DNA from: Daphnia carinata
Lineage: Eukaryota
Direction: 5' to 3'
Assembly: GCF_022539665.2 (NCBI RefSeq)
Contig: NC_081331.1
Coordinates: forward strand, 12,834,001 to 12,898,000
Length of the DNA: 64,000 nucleotides
Positions 12,361 to 25,700 of the stretch are shown in pieces; within the stretch, counting starts at the first letter, position 1; every line of letters begins with the position of its first letter. The notes beneath the pieces are model-generated. The model was given only the letters and a program-made list of their open reading frames with translations, was not told where the DNA came from and made no database searches. A program made the position numbers and the translations under genes.

Positions 12361-13290
12361 ATGGAAACAACAGGATTGATACATGAAATACATAATGATG
12401 ATATTGCTGATGAAGTTCAAGCTCTCAGTGCCATCTTATGTGCAGATCAGGAATTCCAGGTGCAATCTATCAATGAAAAAGAAATAGTGTTAGTGATCCA
12501 CCCACATCAGATCAAGAATCATTTAATAACTCTCACTGTCATTTTGGACATGAAAAGCTACCCCGTTTCTAGTCCACAGTTGTCGGTCCAGGTACCTAAA
12601 GATTTTTATGGTCACTACAGTGAAGTTTAGTCATTTGATTGTTCAACTCAGAGTCCCAGATTGAGTCGGGCAGCATTGGATATCATTGATACACTAATCA
12701 AGGAAGAGGCCTACAAGTTACGGGGACAGGTGACTATTTTGTCTTTAATTGAATGGTTGGTCAGATACTGTAACCTTTACGAAGAGAAAACTATACCAGC
12801 AACGGAGTCTTTGACAGGAGAAGCCGAATACGAATATACAACTATAGCTCATCTTCATCACATCCGTAGCAAAACAATTTATGTTAAAACATTGAGTCAA
12901 TGGTTTCGTGAGCTCGATCTCCACGGAGTCTTGATCTCCTATCGAAGATGGATATTCCTCATGATTTCGGGAAACAAAAATAATCTCCAGGTATTGTACG
13001 TTGCAAAGACAAGTTTGATCGATCAGCTAATACGTTATCCATGGAGTCAGTTGTATCTAAAACGACACAGGACACAGAACGTTGACATAGACTCCGTTGG
13101 AAGGCCATGTAAAGAGCGTATGCTGACTGTTCTAGGTCAAGTCGAAGGACGGCTCGATGCAGCCAGCGTACTGGACGAAGTAGTACTCGATGATTCCAGT
13201 GAAGACTGGCTGAAATATTGGAGTAGTAGGCCATCATTAGCGAGTATCTATCAGAAATTTATTCAGCCACAAACTGGACAGAAGAAATGA
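12361..13290 (+). CDS. RWDD3: RWD domain-containing protein 3 (RSUME, SUMOylation enhancer); exons 12361-12591, 12652-12990, 13051-13290
   Basis: N-terminal RWD domain (DEVQALSAIL...SYPVSSP). The C-terminal block HLHHIRSKTIYVKTLSQWFRELDLHG...TQNVDIDSVGRPCKERMLTVL matches the RWDD3 pattern I recall (HLDHMRAKTKYVK..VDVDSSGKKCKEKMISVL). Confidence 0.88.
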
Positions 13291-13797
13291 TGAAAGTAAT
13301 CACAACACACACCAGCAGGGCAGCAACAAGAGACGTTCAAGTAATCCGGAAAGATGAATGAACATTAAAAAAAGAAAAAAAAGGACACGCACAATGTAAC
13401 ATCTGTTCAATTCACATTTTTCCTACTCCGGCGAGATCACACTCGTCTTTTGCGTTTTCATCGTTATGATACAAATTGTGTTTTAATATACAGTTGTTTT
13501 CACGATAGGAAATTAATCAAACTTGCAAACAGGTTTCTCTTATATATATAAATATCGATGGATCAAATTGCAAAGAGTGATCAAGAGTGCGCTATATATC
13601 ACATCGACCACTCAGTAGCGTATAAGCAGGAGATGAAAAGAAAAAAATGCATCTTAGACCAAAACAATAAAAAAAAAATTCCTTTTTTTTCCTTTTTTTT
13701 TTTTTTTTTTTGACTCCCTTAGTCCACCATTTTGAGCTGGATAGTAAATCTTTACGTCATCGATTCGAAACGAGTGGGAAGAAAATAGATTTGTACA

Positions 13798-16700
13798 TCA
13801 CAGATGAGACGTTCGTTCTACTTGATCAAGTTGCGACTGCTGCTGCTGCTCTTCTATAGCAGAATTTTTACGACGTCGAAGTTCAGTGCTAGCTGCAGCG
13901 GCCGCAAGAACACAAGGCTCGACCGAGATATCGGGTGGCGGGGTAGGTGCAAGAGGGACGGGAGATGCGCTCCTCGATCGCGGACGGCGTTGGACATTGG
14001 ATGGTATTTCCTCCTTATCTGTATTCGAGTCCGATTCAAACCGGACCGTCTTTTGCCCATCAACTCCAGCCGAAGCGGTGGCTGATTGACTGGTGGCATC
14101 GTCATCTATTTTTTTAGTCCTTTTATCAGATTCAGCGGATTCCGTAGCCTGTCAAATGAAGGTTTTACAAAATTTCAATTTCACTTTGTTGCAACAAATA
14201 AAAATAATTTACCAGTTGCGAAAGAATGGTGACACGCGGGGGGCTGATCACTGTCACTTTCGGTAGCCCGCAACGTTGACTTGTATTTGAACCGTTGCTG
14301 TTGGCATTGGCGGTTGTGGTACTACTGCAAGCATTGCACAGAGGTGAAATTCCCAGGTTCTTTTCAGCGGATCGCGGATGAAGTCGGTCAGGAGAGAGTG
14401 CTCGGCGTAATAACGGTGATCCGGGCTCGGCCGATTTTGGCCTAGAGAGAGCTCGCTGTTTCGCGGCCGGCGAAACGGAAAGTGAAGCCCCAGGACTAAA
14501 AAGCTGAGTCGAGTGAGAGCTGCCGGGAGGATGATGTACTTGAATTGGGAATGCCAGAGGACTGGGCGAGCGAGTCGGAGAAACGGGCAGGGGCTGCTGC
14601 TGTGGTAAAGGCGATGGAGACGGAGTGCGGGCCAATGGTGAAAGTGGTATGTGGCCGGCTGATTTCCGTCTAGAGGGCGAGTGCATGTTTTTAGCCACCG
14701 AATGCAACTTGTTCTTAAGGCCATGCAACGACGACGGTCTGTGAGGTTGGAAATGTCGTGCGGCCGAGGCGGGTGGCCCGGCCGGATTCAATTGGCCACT
14801 GGCTGGACTGTTTGGCGTCGAAGAACCCGGTGAGCTGGACGGTGTGGAGCGTGGTGACTCTGAAGCCGGACTGGCTGCAGCCAATTGGCAGTGATGACGT
14901 AAGATGGGTGGCGAGTAGCCCGATGCCGAAGAGCGGCTTCCGGGCGAATTGGATCCCGATTCGTGGGACGGCAATGACCGGCTCAGTGACTGGAAACTTC
15001 GACTCGGCGTCAGCACAGGTGAAGACGATCCGCCGTAGTTGGCCGCCAACTGTACATGTAAAGATTCAAGGTAATGTTTTGAAATGATCTTATTTAAATT
15101 CTTTACGTCGATTAAAAACTGCACACAGTTAACATCAAACTCATCATTCCCGTTGAACATTCCATAATCTCAGAGGAAATCAATGCGATGTCAAGATAAA
15201 TGCCCGAGTAACAGGTCGTTATTGAATCTACTATCTAGTAGTTGCCTTTACCACTAGGTGGCGTTCTAAACCTATTCGGCAGCAACGCATCGTCCAATGT
15301 TGCTGTCACATTTTTTTAACATTTAATTTTGCAACCTGTCCCAACGTTCACAGCATCTCTTCCAATCCCCCCACTTCCCAGACAGACAAAAAAAAAAAAA
15401 ATGTAAGTTTCGAGCAAACAAACAGACAAAAAAAAAATCCAATTCCAGACGCCAATCACAAAGTCACAGCCCAAAGGGAAGTGAGAAAAAAAAATGCATC
15501 TATGAAATGACTTTCGACAGAAAACACTTTCATCTGGCATTGGGAGCGGAGATGTTATTAAGAGAAATTAAGGCTTGAGAGAGCACGACGCAAGACAAGA
15601 AGAAGATAAAAAAAAGCAGCGCGCAGCAAAGCAAAGTGTCTGGCCGATGCCATTTTCCAAAGGCATATGTTACCAAAAAAGGAGAAGGGTGGCCGCGCGG
15701 AAGCACGGGGGCCGACATGGGAATCTGCAATCGGAGTGACTGCAAAAATACACCACGTTTGAATGAACCAGGAAGTTGTTTTGGTAACCCAACGTAACAA
15801 GAAAAAAGGCTAATACAAATAGTTTTTAGTAATCGAGAAAAAACAATGTGAATACTAACCTGCTGAATTTCAGCGCTGGCCCGTTTGCTGCTCAGTCGCC
15901 GAAACAGAGACGATTTGCGGCGTCGTTCAGCTTGATCGCTACTTCCACCTCCAGCTTTGCCTTTTGCTCCACCAGGCGGTCTCCGGCCGGCACCGGATGA
16001 CACACGGTAGTAACCACGACGGGCTAAACGGCTTTTGGCTAATTCTCTTCGACGACCGCCAGTCTGAATACTCGTCTGGTCCAATGGAGTCGCTCGCAGT
16101 GTCACTCTGTCACCTTCAGACAGGATCAATTGCAAGACCTAAAACAAAACAAACACATCAGTTAGTATTTTTCTCTTTAAAAAAATCAAAAATTTAAAAG
16201 TAGTTTACCTGTGTGTGAAACAACCCCTGGATGGCTTCTCCGTTGATGTGAGTTATCAAATCTCCAGGCCGAAGTCCAGCTTCTAAAGCAGGACTTCCCT
16301 CGTCGACTGCCATTACCAAATGGTGAACAGTGTAAAAATCGGAATCACCAAGGTAGACGCGGATGGCCCGTAAAGTAAAACCGAATCCACGAGGTGCTCG
16401 TCGGAGCACAATGGGCGGCTTAAGACTGCCCGTGATGGTAGGCGAAAGCTCGCGGCAGGGAGACGTGTCCCGTGAGCTGGCCGTGCTAGACCCTCCGCCA
16501 GGTGACGGGGATGGGCCTTCCTCCGCCAAAGAAATGACCAATGCCAAACCAGATGGCGCTGAATCAGCTTTGATGCTACGCCTTTGCTTAAAATTGGATG
16601 AAAATGAAGAATGGGCCAATATGTTTTTGGGTCGGACGCCGCCATTGGCGGATAACTGAATGCCGGCAGACGATGGGGGTGTAGGATCAGTTGTGGTGCG

Positions 16701-19700
16701 ATCCCCTTCGTCTACCGGTGACAGCTCACGGACGTGATCGGGAGTTGATATGGGTGTCATACAACGTCCTCCGGATTCGGATTCCATGGAAATGGAAAAA
16801 CGTGGAAGAGATTTAAGCTCACGATGGAGCATCCTTCGCCTTCGCTGAAGTTGTGGACTGGAATCTTCGTTCTCTGTTGATTCTGGTGTCTGTTGAATGG
16901 GAGGAAGAATCAAAGACTTGTCCTCGCCAGCGCTGAGACTTCCGCATGATTCAGAATGATCCGAAGCACCCGAGCCAGAATCGTTGCTGGATTTGGCATC
17001 GAGAAAGAGGCCGTGCGATTTCTTATATCTCGGCGAGCAAGATGAAAAAGAGCCAAAGAGTTGTGGTGTAGTGGCACCACCTTCAGTTGCCTCGAGTTCT
17101 AGTTCCAAATCTCCGGAAGCGTCATCGTGGCAGTAGCGATCAGCTCGTGTGTCAAAATAGCTCGTATCGTTATCGTCGTCCAGCTGAGGCACAAAGCCGG
17201 CCTTTTGACGCAGCAAAGAGTTCCAATCCAGTCGATCAAAGAATGAATGGGCTTTGACTTCAGCTCCGCCGGCCGTGCCCAGTCGATCACGCGGGTTCTG
17301 CTGTAGCAGAGCGGTAATCAGATCTTTGGCTTCAGCCGGAACAGGCCAGTCGGATTCACTGGGCCATTCAATATCGTCGTTGACAACGTGAGAAAAGAGC
17401 TCTTCTGGCGTTTCGCCAAAAAACGGGACGCAGCCAATCAGAAATTCGTAGAGAATGATACCCGACGACCACCAATCCACCGGTTTGCCTGGAAAACATC
17501 GTTTTAAATTGAAAATCTGAAATAAGTTATAAGCTGGAACGTTACCATATCCTTGGCGTAGGACCACTTCTGGGGCTATGTACTCTGGCGTACCAAAGAC
17601 TTGCTTGTCGGAGAACTCGCGAGTCTCCCGATCGATAAAACCTTCATACAAGTTGGTTGCCAGAGACATGAGACCCATTTTGCTCAGCCCGAAATCGGTC
17701 AATTTTATGTGTCCCATGGCGGTAATGAGCAAGTTGTCTGGTTTCAGATCGCGGTGAACAATACCGTAGCTGTGCAAGTACTCGACGGCCAAGACCATCT
17801 CAGCAAAATACAGACGGGCCATGTCGCAAGGGAATGGACCCATGTTCTGTTTAAAAACAAAGCAAACAAAAACATTTAATGGCATTTCATAAGAAAAATG
17901 GGGAATAATAAGCTAAAATTAGAGTTCAAGATATCACTAATCTTTTATTTTAAAAAGAATATAAAAAACAAAACTAAAGGCAAAAGGCCAACATATCACC
18001 GATATAGTTGACCTAGTAAATTGTGCCAATATTATTCGCCATTCTTAACATAATAGATATTGTCTAATCGTACCTTGAGGAGAGTGGCGCAATCGCCTCC
18101 TTCAACGTATTCCATCACCATACACAAATGCTTTTGCGTTTCGAAACTGCACTGAAGACTAACGACGAACGGGTTATCTGTGAAGCAGAGGATATCGCGT
18201 TCGGCGAAAGCCTGCTCGATCTGGTTACGCAACAGCAAGTTGCGTTTGTTGATCTTCTTCATGGCAAACCGCTGGCGCGTCTCGCGGTGACGCACCAGGT
18301 AAACAGCCCCGTAGGCACCGTTGGATACCAATTTGACCACTTCGTAATCACTCTCCTTGGGCAAATGTGACGTATCAACCGCTTTCTTCTTTTCCGGCGT
18401 CGACGTCGTCACCGGAGAGTCAGTTCCTTCCGTTGGTTCTGGAGTAGAACAAGTCTTCTCCAGCTGGCTCAGATCCTGCTGGAATTCGGCCAACGGATCA
18501 CGATTCAGACCCAGTTGGGTGACTATATACTGCGGAAAATCCGTTACGCCCTGAAACATCACAATCGAATTAAATTTTTAATTAAAAACATTAGCAAAAA
18601 AACGTTTGATATTTACCTGTGTGACTCGAACTTGGCCCTCGGCTTCCTCCAACATGTGATAAAATTCTTCAGGATCGAATTCTAGGCACTCCAGTAACCT
18701 TGCCGGTCGTGAAATGATGAGCAAAAGCTTGCGGACGAGTCGACTGAGGTGCGGGACAGCGTCGACGGCTTTGTCTTTGGCCTCTGACAAGAGTCTCTCC
18801 AGATTGTCCGACATGTCGTAAAAGTATCGGCTGGTGATGAGGCCCTGCTCCGATTTCTGCAAACAATCGCGCCCCAGTTCGATCACCTGATGCTGGACGA
18901 ATCGCACGATGGCTATGGCGTCGGCTGGGATGGGCTCGGACGAACCTTCGGTAGCCGCCACTAGTGCCTCCGAACTCTCGACGCTTGCGTTCTCTTCGAC
19001 GAACGTCTTAAGTCTCTCCTCCATCTGTCTGGTGGCCTGTAACAAGATGGATCGTACATTTTTTTGACACATTTATTGGATATTGGCCACAAATACCTTG
19101 GGGAAGCGTTCTTTGTACAGCATGTTCATCATGACCACTTCGCTATCAACAACTGGTGAGCGGATCGGACTACTGCAAATTCCAACAATATCGTCGTAAT
19201 GATGATACGATCAATTATTATCCAAACAAACCTCAGACTCCTGGATCTTGGACGCATTCTGGGCGAATGACGTTCAGCAGCTGCCGCACCACCATCCGTC
19301 TCCTCGATGACGGGGTTGCTCTCGTTGGATGAGAAATGTCGCGAGAGGAATCGCATTTCTTCGGCAGTCGGCACCGTCGGCAAATGATTCAACCGCTCTT
19401 GACTGGAACACTGTGACTGGAACGCATCAATAAAAGAGGCCACGGGTGTCCAGTCGGACAAAAAGTGGGAAAGGGTGAGAGGCAGGATTTGCGGCAGGGC
19501 AAGGGCAAACGCAACGAAAAAGTTAAGAAAAACAAAGAGATAACAAAAAAATAATTGTTATAACATAACCTCATGCATAAAGCTACCAAACTTAAACGAA
19601 TTCAGCCAATGTTTCGTCTTTTTTTTTTTGGATTTGTCTAAACTACTGCAACGTTTAAAAAATGAAATTGCAAAACAGGCATGAAAGCCATTTATAAATC

Positions 19701-22700
19701 AAATCAGCGTAGCTACTCGTTTTTAAAAAGGTCTTTCAAAAAAATAAAAGAGGAAAAGACTAACAATGTGCCAGGGCGGATAGGGTAGGTGGATAGGAAT
19801 TGAAATGGCAGACATGTAAAAAGATACGCACCGACACATTGGAGCTGGCCGGAGTAGTGCCGTAACCAGATGAAGGCAACGAAGCCACCGACCACCGTCG
19901 ACACTCGGCCCTGAACCCAATATGAACAACCATTAGTTTTGATATAGTGTCACTCGTTAATCAACTCTCTCTTTCGCCAATGACATTACTTTTTTATGGG
20001 GACGAAAGCAAATTGCTGGCTGGGCGACATGTTGCGTGGACTTTCCATCGGGCTCCCTGATACCATTTTTGGGGCAATTAAAAATTTAATTGTAAATAAT
20101 CGTCCTTGAATTTTAATTGATTGAAATTACCTTGTGACAATGGTGACTGGCAACGGGGCGGCATTGTGGGCGATGTGGCCGCTATCATGCTCTTTCGATG
20201 CTGCAGATGCGAATACTGTACTCGAGAACATCTTCTCGGCAGCATCAAATCCCTCTGAAATAGATTAAAAATAAAAACGTAATTAGTACAAAAAAAAAAA
20301 ATAAAGATGGACATATTTGCCGGCAGATGGCCGGCCCTCGGAAATCGATGATCGAAATGAGCTCATCCAAACTGCGAGCAGGATGTTTGCAACATGAAAG
20401 GTCGTTATAGAAACAAATCCTTAACAACACATTCCAAACGGGGCACCTGGTTCTAACGATCAACACTACAAAACATAAGACGGTCGTTCCCGTCTCACCT
20501 TGAGAAGAATAAGAGCGGGATGGACGAGAGTTGGCGTCGTTGGAGCGGACGGTGTTGAAGCTGCCGACCAACTTGCCGAATGGACAGTTAACGGCAGCGA
20601 TAGGTGAGATCGGGTCGAAGAGCGACGCTCCTGCAACCGAGTCCGGAACATATTGCCGGTCGTTGAACGCAAGTTGTCGTCACCAGACACAGTCACGCGG
20701 ATTTCTGTCGCGCTCATCTAAGCCACACACAGACACACACTCAGACAACGTACACAAACATTGCCCAGCAGCTGAGATACACGCGACATCCGTCGTCATC
20801 ACACACACTAGCCATCTAAATAATAATGTGTGGTCTGAATTTCTCACGATGCAGGTTTCCTCAAGAATCAGGTAGACTCGATCCCAATATGGGAAACCAG
20901 AAAAAAACAATCGACGAACGGGAAAAAGAACCCGCTCTTTTGTTGATCATCGTGTAAAATGGGCTAGAAACTTTAAATCGTTTTACCACGGCATTTGATT
21001 TTTTCTAAATGGCCCTAAACAAGAGAAAGTTTCTCACTTACATCGGACAGAATGCGACGGAAACCGCTGAAACGGCCACCACTGACACCTGGGTGAGCGG
21101 TAGGAACATCGGTGGATTCCGGATACGATAAACTTCTCCGGATCCAGTGAATCGTGGACGATCCGAGACTCATGGCGCTTTTCAACGACTTCTGTTTACA
21201 CGTGTTAGATTATAGAACCCATGAATGGCCAGCTTATTGCAGCACAACAAGTAAACCTGAGCTCCGCACGGGTAGACGACCAAAGTGCGACTGCCAAGTC
21301 ACGAGACACTTGAAAAAACAAGTGGTATATTTCCCTCCCCTCCAAAAAAAAAAAAAGCAGAAACGGTAATTATCACCGAGCGTAGTAATAATAATAACAA
21401 AACCGAATATCCGGCGGTTTCACGTTTGTAAACATTTTTTTCGCTTCGGGCCTTCTTTCCGGTGTCGACACTACACTAACCGCATGCCTTTCTCTTTATT
21501 TCTTCTGACACACAAAAAAACAACGTCAACTTCCAGTTCTAATTGATAAAAAATAATGATGACGTTGCCAAGTGTCGGTCAACCCTAATCGTAAGTAAGT
21601 TGCCAATAAATTTTGAATTATTAATGGCCACGAGTTTAAAAACAAATTAACTGAGTCAAAAGTATCAAATACGGACCACGTAAGATACCGCGATATCACT
21701 ATCTAAATTTATGCGATAGACACTGAAAGAATGTCCTTGTCTCCGTTTTGAAACGACATCATGTCCTAAAACCACAATAAACTTCGCCTATATCGGCTGC
21801 TCTCCCCTATCGTGTGCATTTTAAGACATTTCACTATTGATCTGTTCGCTATTTTGTCTAGTTAAAGAAACGAATCAACGATAACGTTGTTTGCCTCATC
21901 ACTTTTGCTGATAACTCCAAAGACCTCGTCGTCTAGAGCACGTCATCTTTCTAAAAAGAAAAAATATTCTATTTAAACCAGCAATTTCCAAATCTAGTCG
22001 CGTGCGCAGGAATGTGAATACGTGCGGAGGAAGCAAAAAAAAATGGAAGAAAACGCTTGCAAATGGCGTAAACTGATTGGATCGATACAAATCGATGCGG
22101 CATAACGCAATGGCGTTAACACCAGGAAAAGAAAAAAGACACAGAAAAGGGAAAAAAGATTTTCAAAACTAAGGAAGTGATCAAATCCCACCCCCCTCGT
22201 TCTTTGTTAACAGGATTATTTCCCATCAAGAACGTGCAAGTGGGCGACTACACGACCCTAAGGATCAGTGTCCTATGCGTGACGTCAGAAAGGAAAAGGC
22301 GCGTCGAGATATCTTGGATAAGTTGGATTTCGGTCGTCCAAATGGATCGATGACGAGGCACCGACGCATTCATGTAAATGCATCACGATCACTTCACGTT
22401 GTACATAATTCGACATCTGGTTCAATACAGCTGCGTTCAAAAAAGCCACAAAAGTGAAACTTGGTTGCGACTCGGCTTCCGTTGTAGCGTCACCTGATCG
22501 ATTGGTCGAACGCAACAACCGCAACCTTCCCGCTAGTTCTAATTTTTTTCAACGATTCCAAGCACCCAGTAAAATAAAAAAGAGCCGGCCTTTTTTTTTT
22601 TTTGATCATTCCCATGTTTCTTGTAGATTACACCAAAGGCCTGCGACCTCTTTTTCTCTCGTTCCATTCGCGTCCCATTTAACAAAATGGCAATCGATCC

Positions 22701-25700
22701 GTGACGGAAACTCAAAGGAAAAAGAGGACCCGGAAAGTAAAGAAATTCAGCCACACATACAAACCACAATATCGTAAAAGAACAAGAAAAATACGGTCGC
22801 TAATTAACCGTAATATTGATATTGGGGCGTCTGACGTCAGGACCGATCTACTGGATACAAACCAAATGTGTGCAAACAAAACTGACAACAACGAGTTGTT
22901 CGACAAGACTGTCGGGCCGTCAAAGTCGACGATGGAGCAAACAAAGCGCGGATTGCGCGCGCATCATTTTGAAAAACACTGGCTAAGGATTCTTTTCGCT
23001 TACTCATTCAATATTCTCTGTAAAAATTTGCCAGATAACTCGAAACCTTGTTACGAAGGGATCAAAAGGAAAGGAGAGGGGCTCCTTAGAAACAGTACAT
23101 CTCTTTAAATGTGTGCCCAAACTAATGAATCCTTCCGACCGACATAATGTTTTTGTGTAGTTATAAATAATTACTTACCACAGAATTAGCCGTTAGCGAT
23201 GGAGCAGATTGACCCAACGTCGAGCCACGGATCCGTTGCAAATTGTAATTATCTGGCTCAGCTTCGTCTGAAACAGAAAACATTAAGTTTAAACCAACGT
23301 TAGCCATTCCTTTTAGTTGCCCCCCCCCCCCCCCCAAAGTAAATGTTCTCTTCAAATGCTCAATGAAAATAGGTTGAGTGCACATTTCATGTTACCGTCG
23401 TCTTGACGACTAACTACCCATTTGATCTTCAAACTTATCAAAATTGACTTGTGCCTATTGTTCGAGTGTTACCTTAGTAACGACAACACACAAACCTCCA
23501 TCTTCTTCTTGATCAATACACTCTAGCCTTTACACTCAGATTCGAACTAAGCCAACATGGTAAGTGCAGCTCAAATCGAATTATCCGGCAAGTTGGATCT
23601 TTCGCAAGAAACATGTATCCCCTCTGTGACATTCTAGCTAAACACGATCGAGTGGCTTTGATAATGTATCGGTTGTATATAATACCATTGGCGGCAGATG
23701 TGGATGAAGTCGTGCTCGATGTCACCGCCGAGTGAACTCGAGTGGTTTGAACCAAGTTGGACGGCACCAACTGAACTCCGCCGACGCTGTGGCGATGGGC
23801 TGGCACAACACCCACGCCCGTGGCCAGGGGTGAATAACACCCTCCATTCGATCCATACTGGCCGGCTGCATAGCTTTCCCTCCGGCGGCGTAAATCATCC
23901 GAAAGCTGCCGGGCAAATGCACGCGGACGTAGCAACAACATCGACGCAGCTAACGATGATGATGCCGATGACGATGGCGAGGAACTCCCGCTCCCGCTTC
24001 CCAGTGACAAACAGTCGACATCCAAAGAGCGGCGGACCGGCGTCATGCATCCCGCTCCGTCCAACTAGAATCATAACAAAACATTAATTATCGAACTAGT
24101 CAATTGAAAGTTGTAACCTAAATTTAGATCATTGACTTTTGTGATTACTCTTTGCAATTGGCAAGTTTGCCAATACTCTCGAACGGTCGCCGATCGGAGC
24201 ACACTATTAAATACGTCCGCGCCATCTTACGGCAAATTAAACAAACTTAGACTACTTTCCTTGCCGCAACAATTAGGACGCAGCGGCACATTAAGAATTT
24301 TCACGATGTTTTCTTTTATACATTTAATAATCGGGTTGGTTGTGGAAAAATGGCAAGTAGGACGGTCATTATGTCTACACTTTTCGTAGGGAAAAAAAAA
24401 TCATACAAGGAAAGAAGAAAAAAACATGTTTTTGCCATTTCAGTCCAAAAACAGAGAACATTTGAAAAATAGCGAGTTGGCAACTTCTTTCCATTTGTTT
24501 GGCTCAACGAAAAGAACCTTGGACAGCGAGCCGAATATTAAACAAGTCGTTTGGCGAGTCCTACAGCATCGAACGAATGCCGAAAAACATAGCGAGGCAT
24601 GAAAAACCATGAGACCGTTCAAGCGGGCAAAAGGCCAGTCGGAGGCTACAATTGGACAAGAAATGACCACCTTGAAAGGAGAAGGCAGCCGGGACAGTGT
24701 CAAGGACGACCTGGTGGACGTGAGATGCCGACATCGACATCACCCAGATCTTACAGAAGCATTACATGTAGTAAAAGTGGATAGCAAAATAGCTGACTCA
24801 AGGTCCGATTACTGGACTATGAATCACGTGCTCAACTACCCTGAAAAATTTTCAGTATTGCGAAATTTTAAGCCAAAGAACAATTTATCATTAATTACTT
24901 GATTCGAGGTTGTCGAGTCGTAGACGGGTGACAGGACGGAAGCAAAGCGTGAATAGATGGGAATTGGTAGTTTTCGGCAGCGCTGCCCCGTTCGCGATAC
25001 ATACAATTGCGCCGCCGATTCGCTCACGTCAGCGCTTCCATTTTGGGGCAAATTCAACGTCAAGTCCTTTCGATTCATTTTTTTTTCTTTTTCTCCTATT
25101 TTCTTCTTCTTCTCCTACAGAATTCGACTAGTCTCGACGATTTCACACGATTTAATTGCTCTCTTCGATGATAACATGTTTTTTTATTCCCCTTTTTCTT
25201 TTTCCTGGCGGGTCAGCTGTTTAAATTCATGACCGCCAGAGGGTTGGCCATCGACTTGAAACAGTCTCGAATAAACTAAGTGGGCCATGGAAGAGACATG
25301 ATTGCTTTTTTTTTCTTCTCTGCTTCGATTTTCGTTTCCGCGAGTGTAAGGTGGTCGTTTCGATAGGGATTAACGTTAGATTTCGTGATTCTTCTTGTCA
25401 ATAGGTATTTCGAATGATGGCGAAAATATTGTCACTTGGTTTGCCGTCACAGCACCAAGAGGGAATCCCAAAGAAAACTCCATGGGGGAATCTGAGGTGT
25501 CTCCCCTGCCGAGTCAGCTGATGTATCTAATGTGTCACGAGTCTAGCCCTAGAGACCATGGCAGATCTTGCACTACACACACTAGCTGTCAAATATGGCT
25601 GACAATAGGCGCACACTGAGATTGCACCCACACGTGGGAGTTTCTTTTTTTTTTCCCTCTTTCCAAGAATGGCAGATTGTAAAAAGAGAAGAACCGAACG

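Noticed and set aside
14254..15087. Alternative-frame and antisense ORFs over the MAST Ser/Pro-rich exon
   Set aside because: These are an expected by-product of GC-rich coding sequence.
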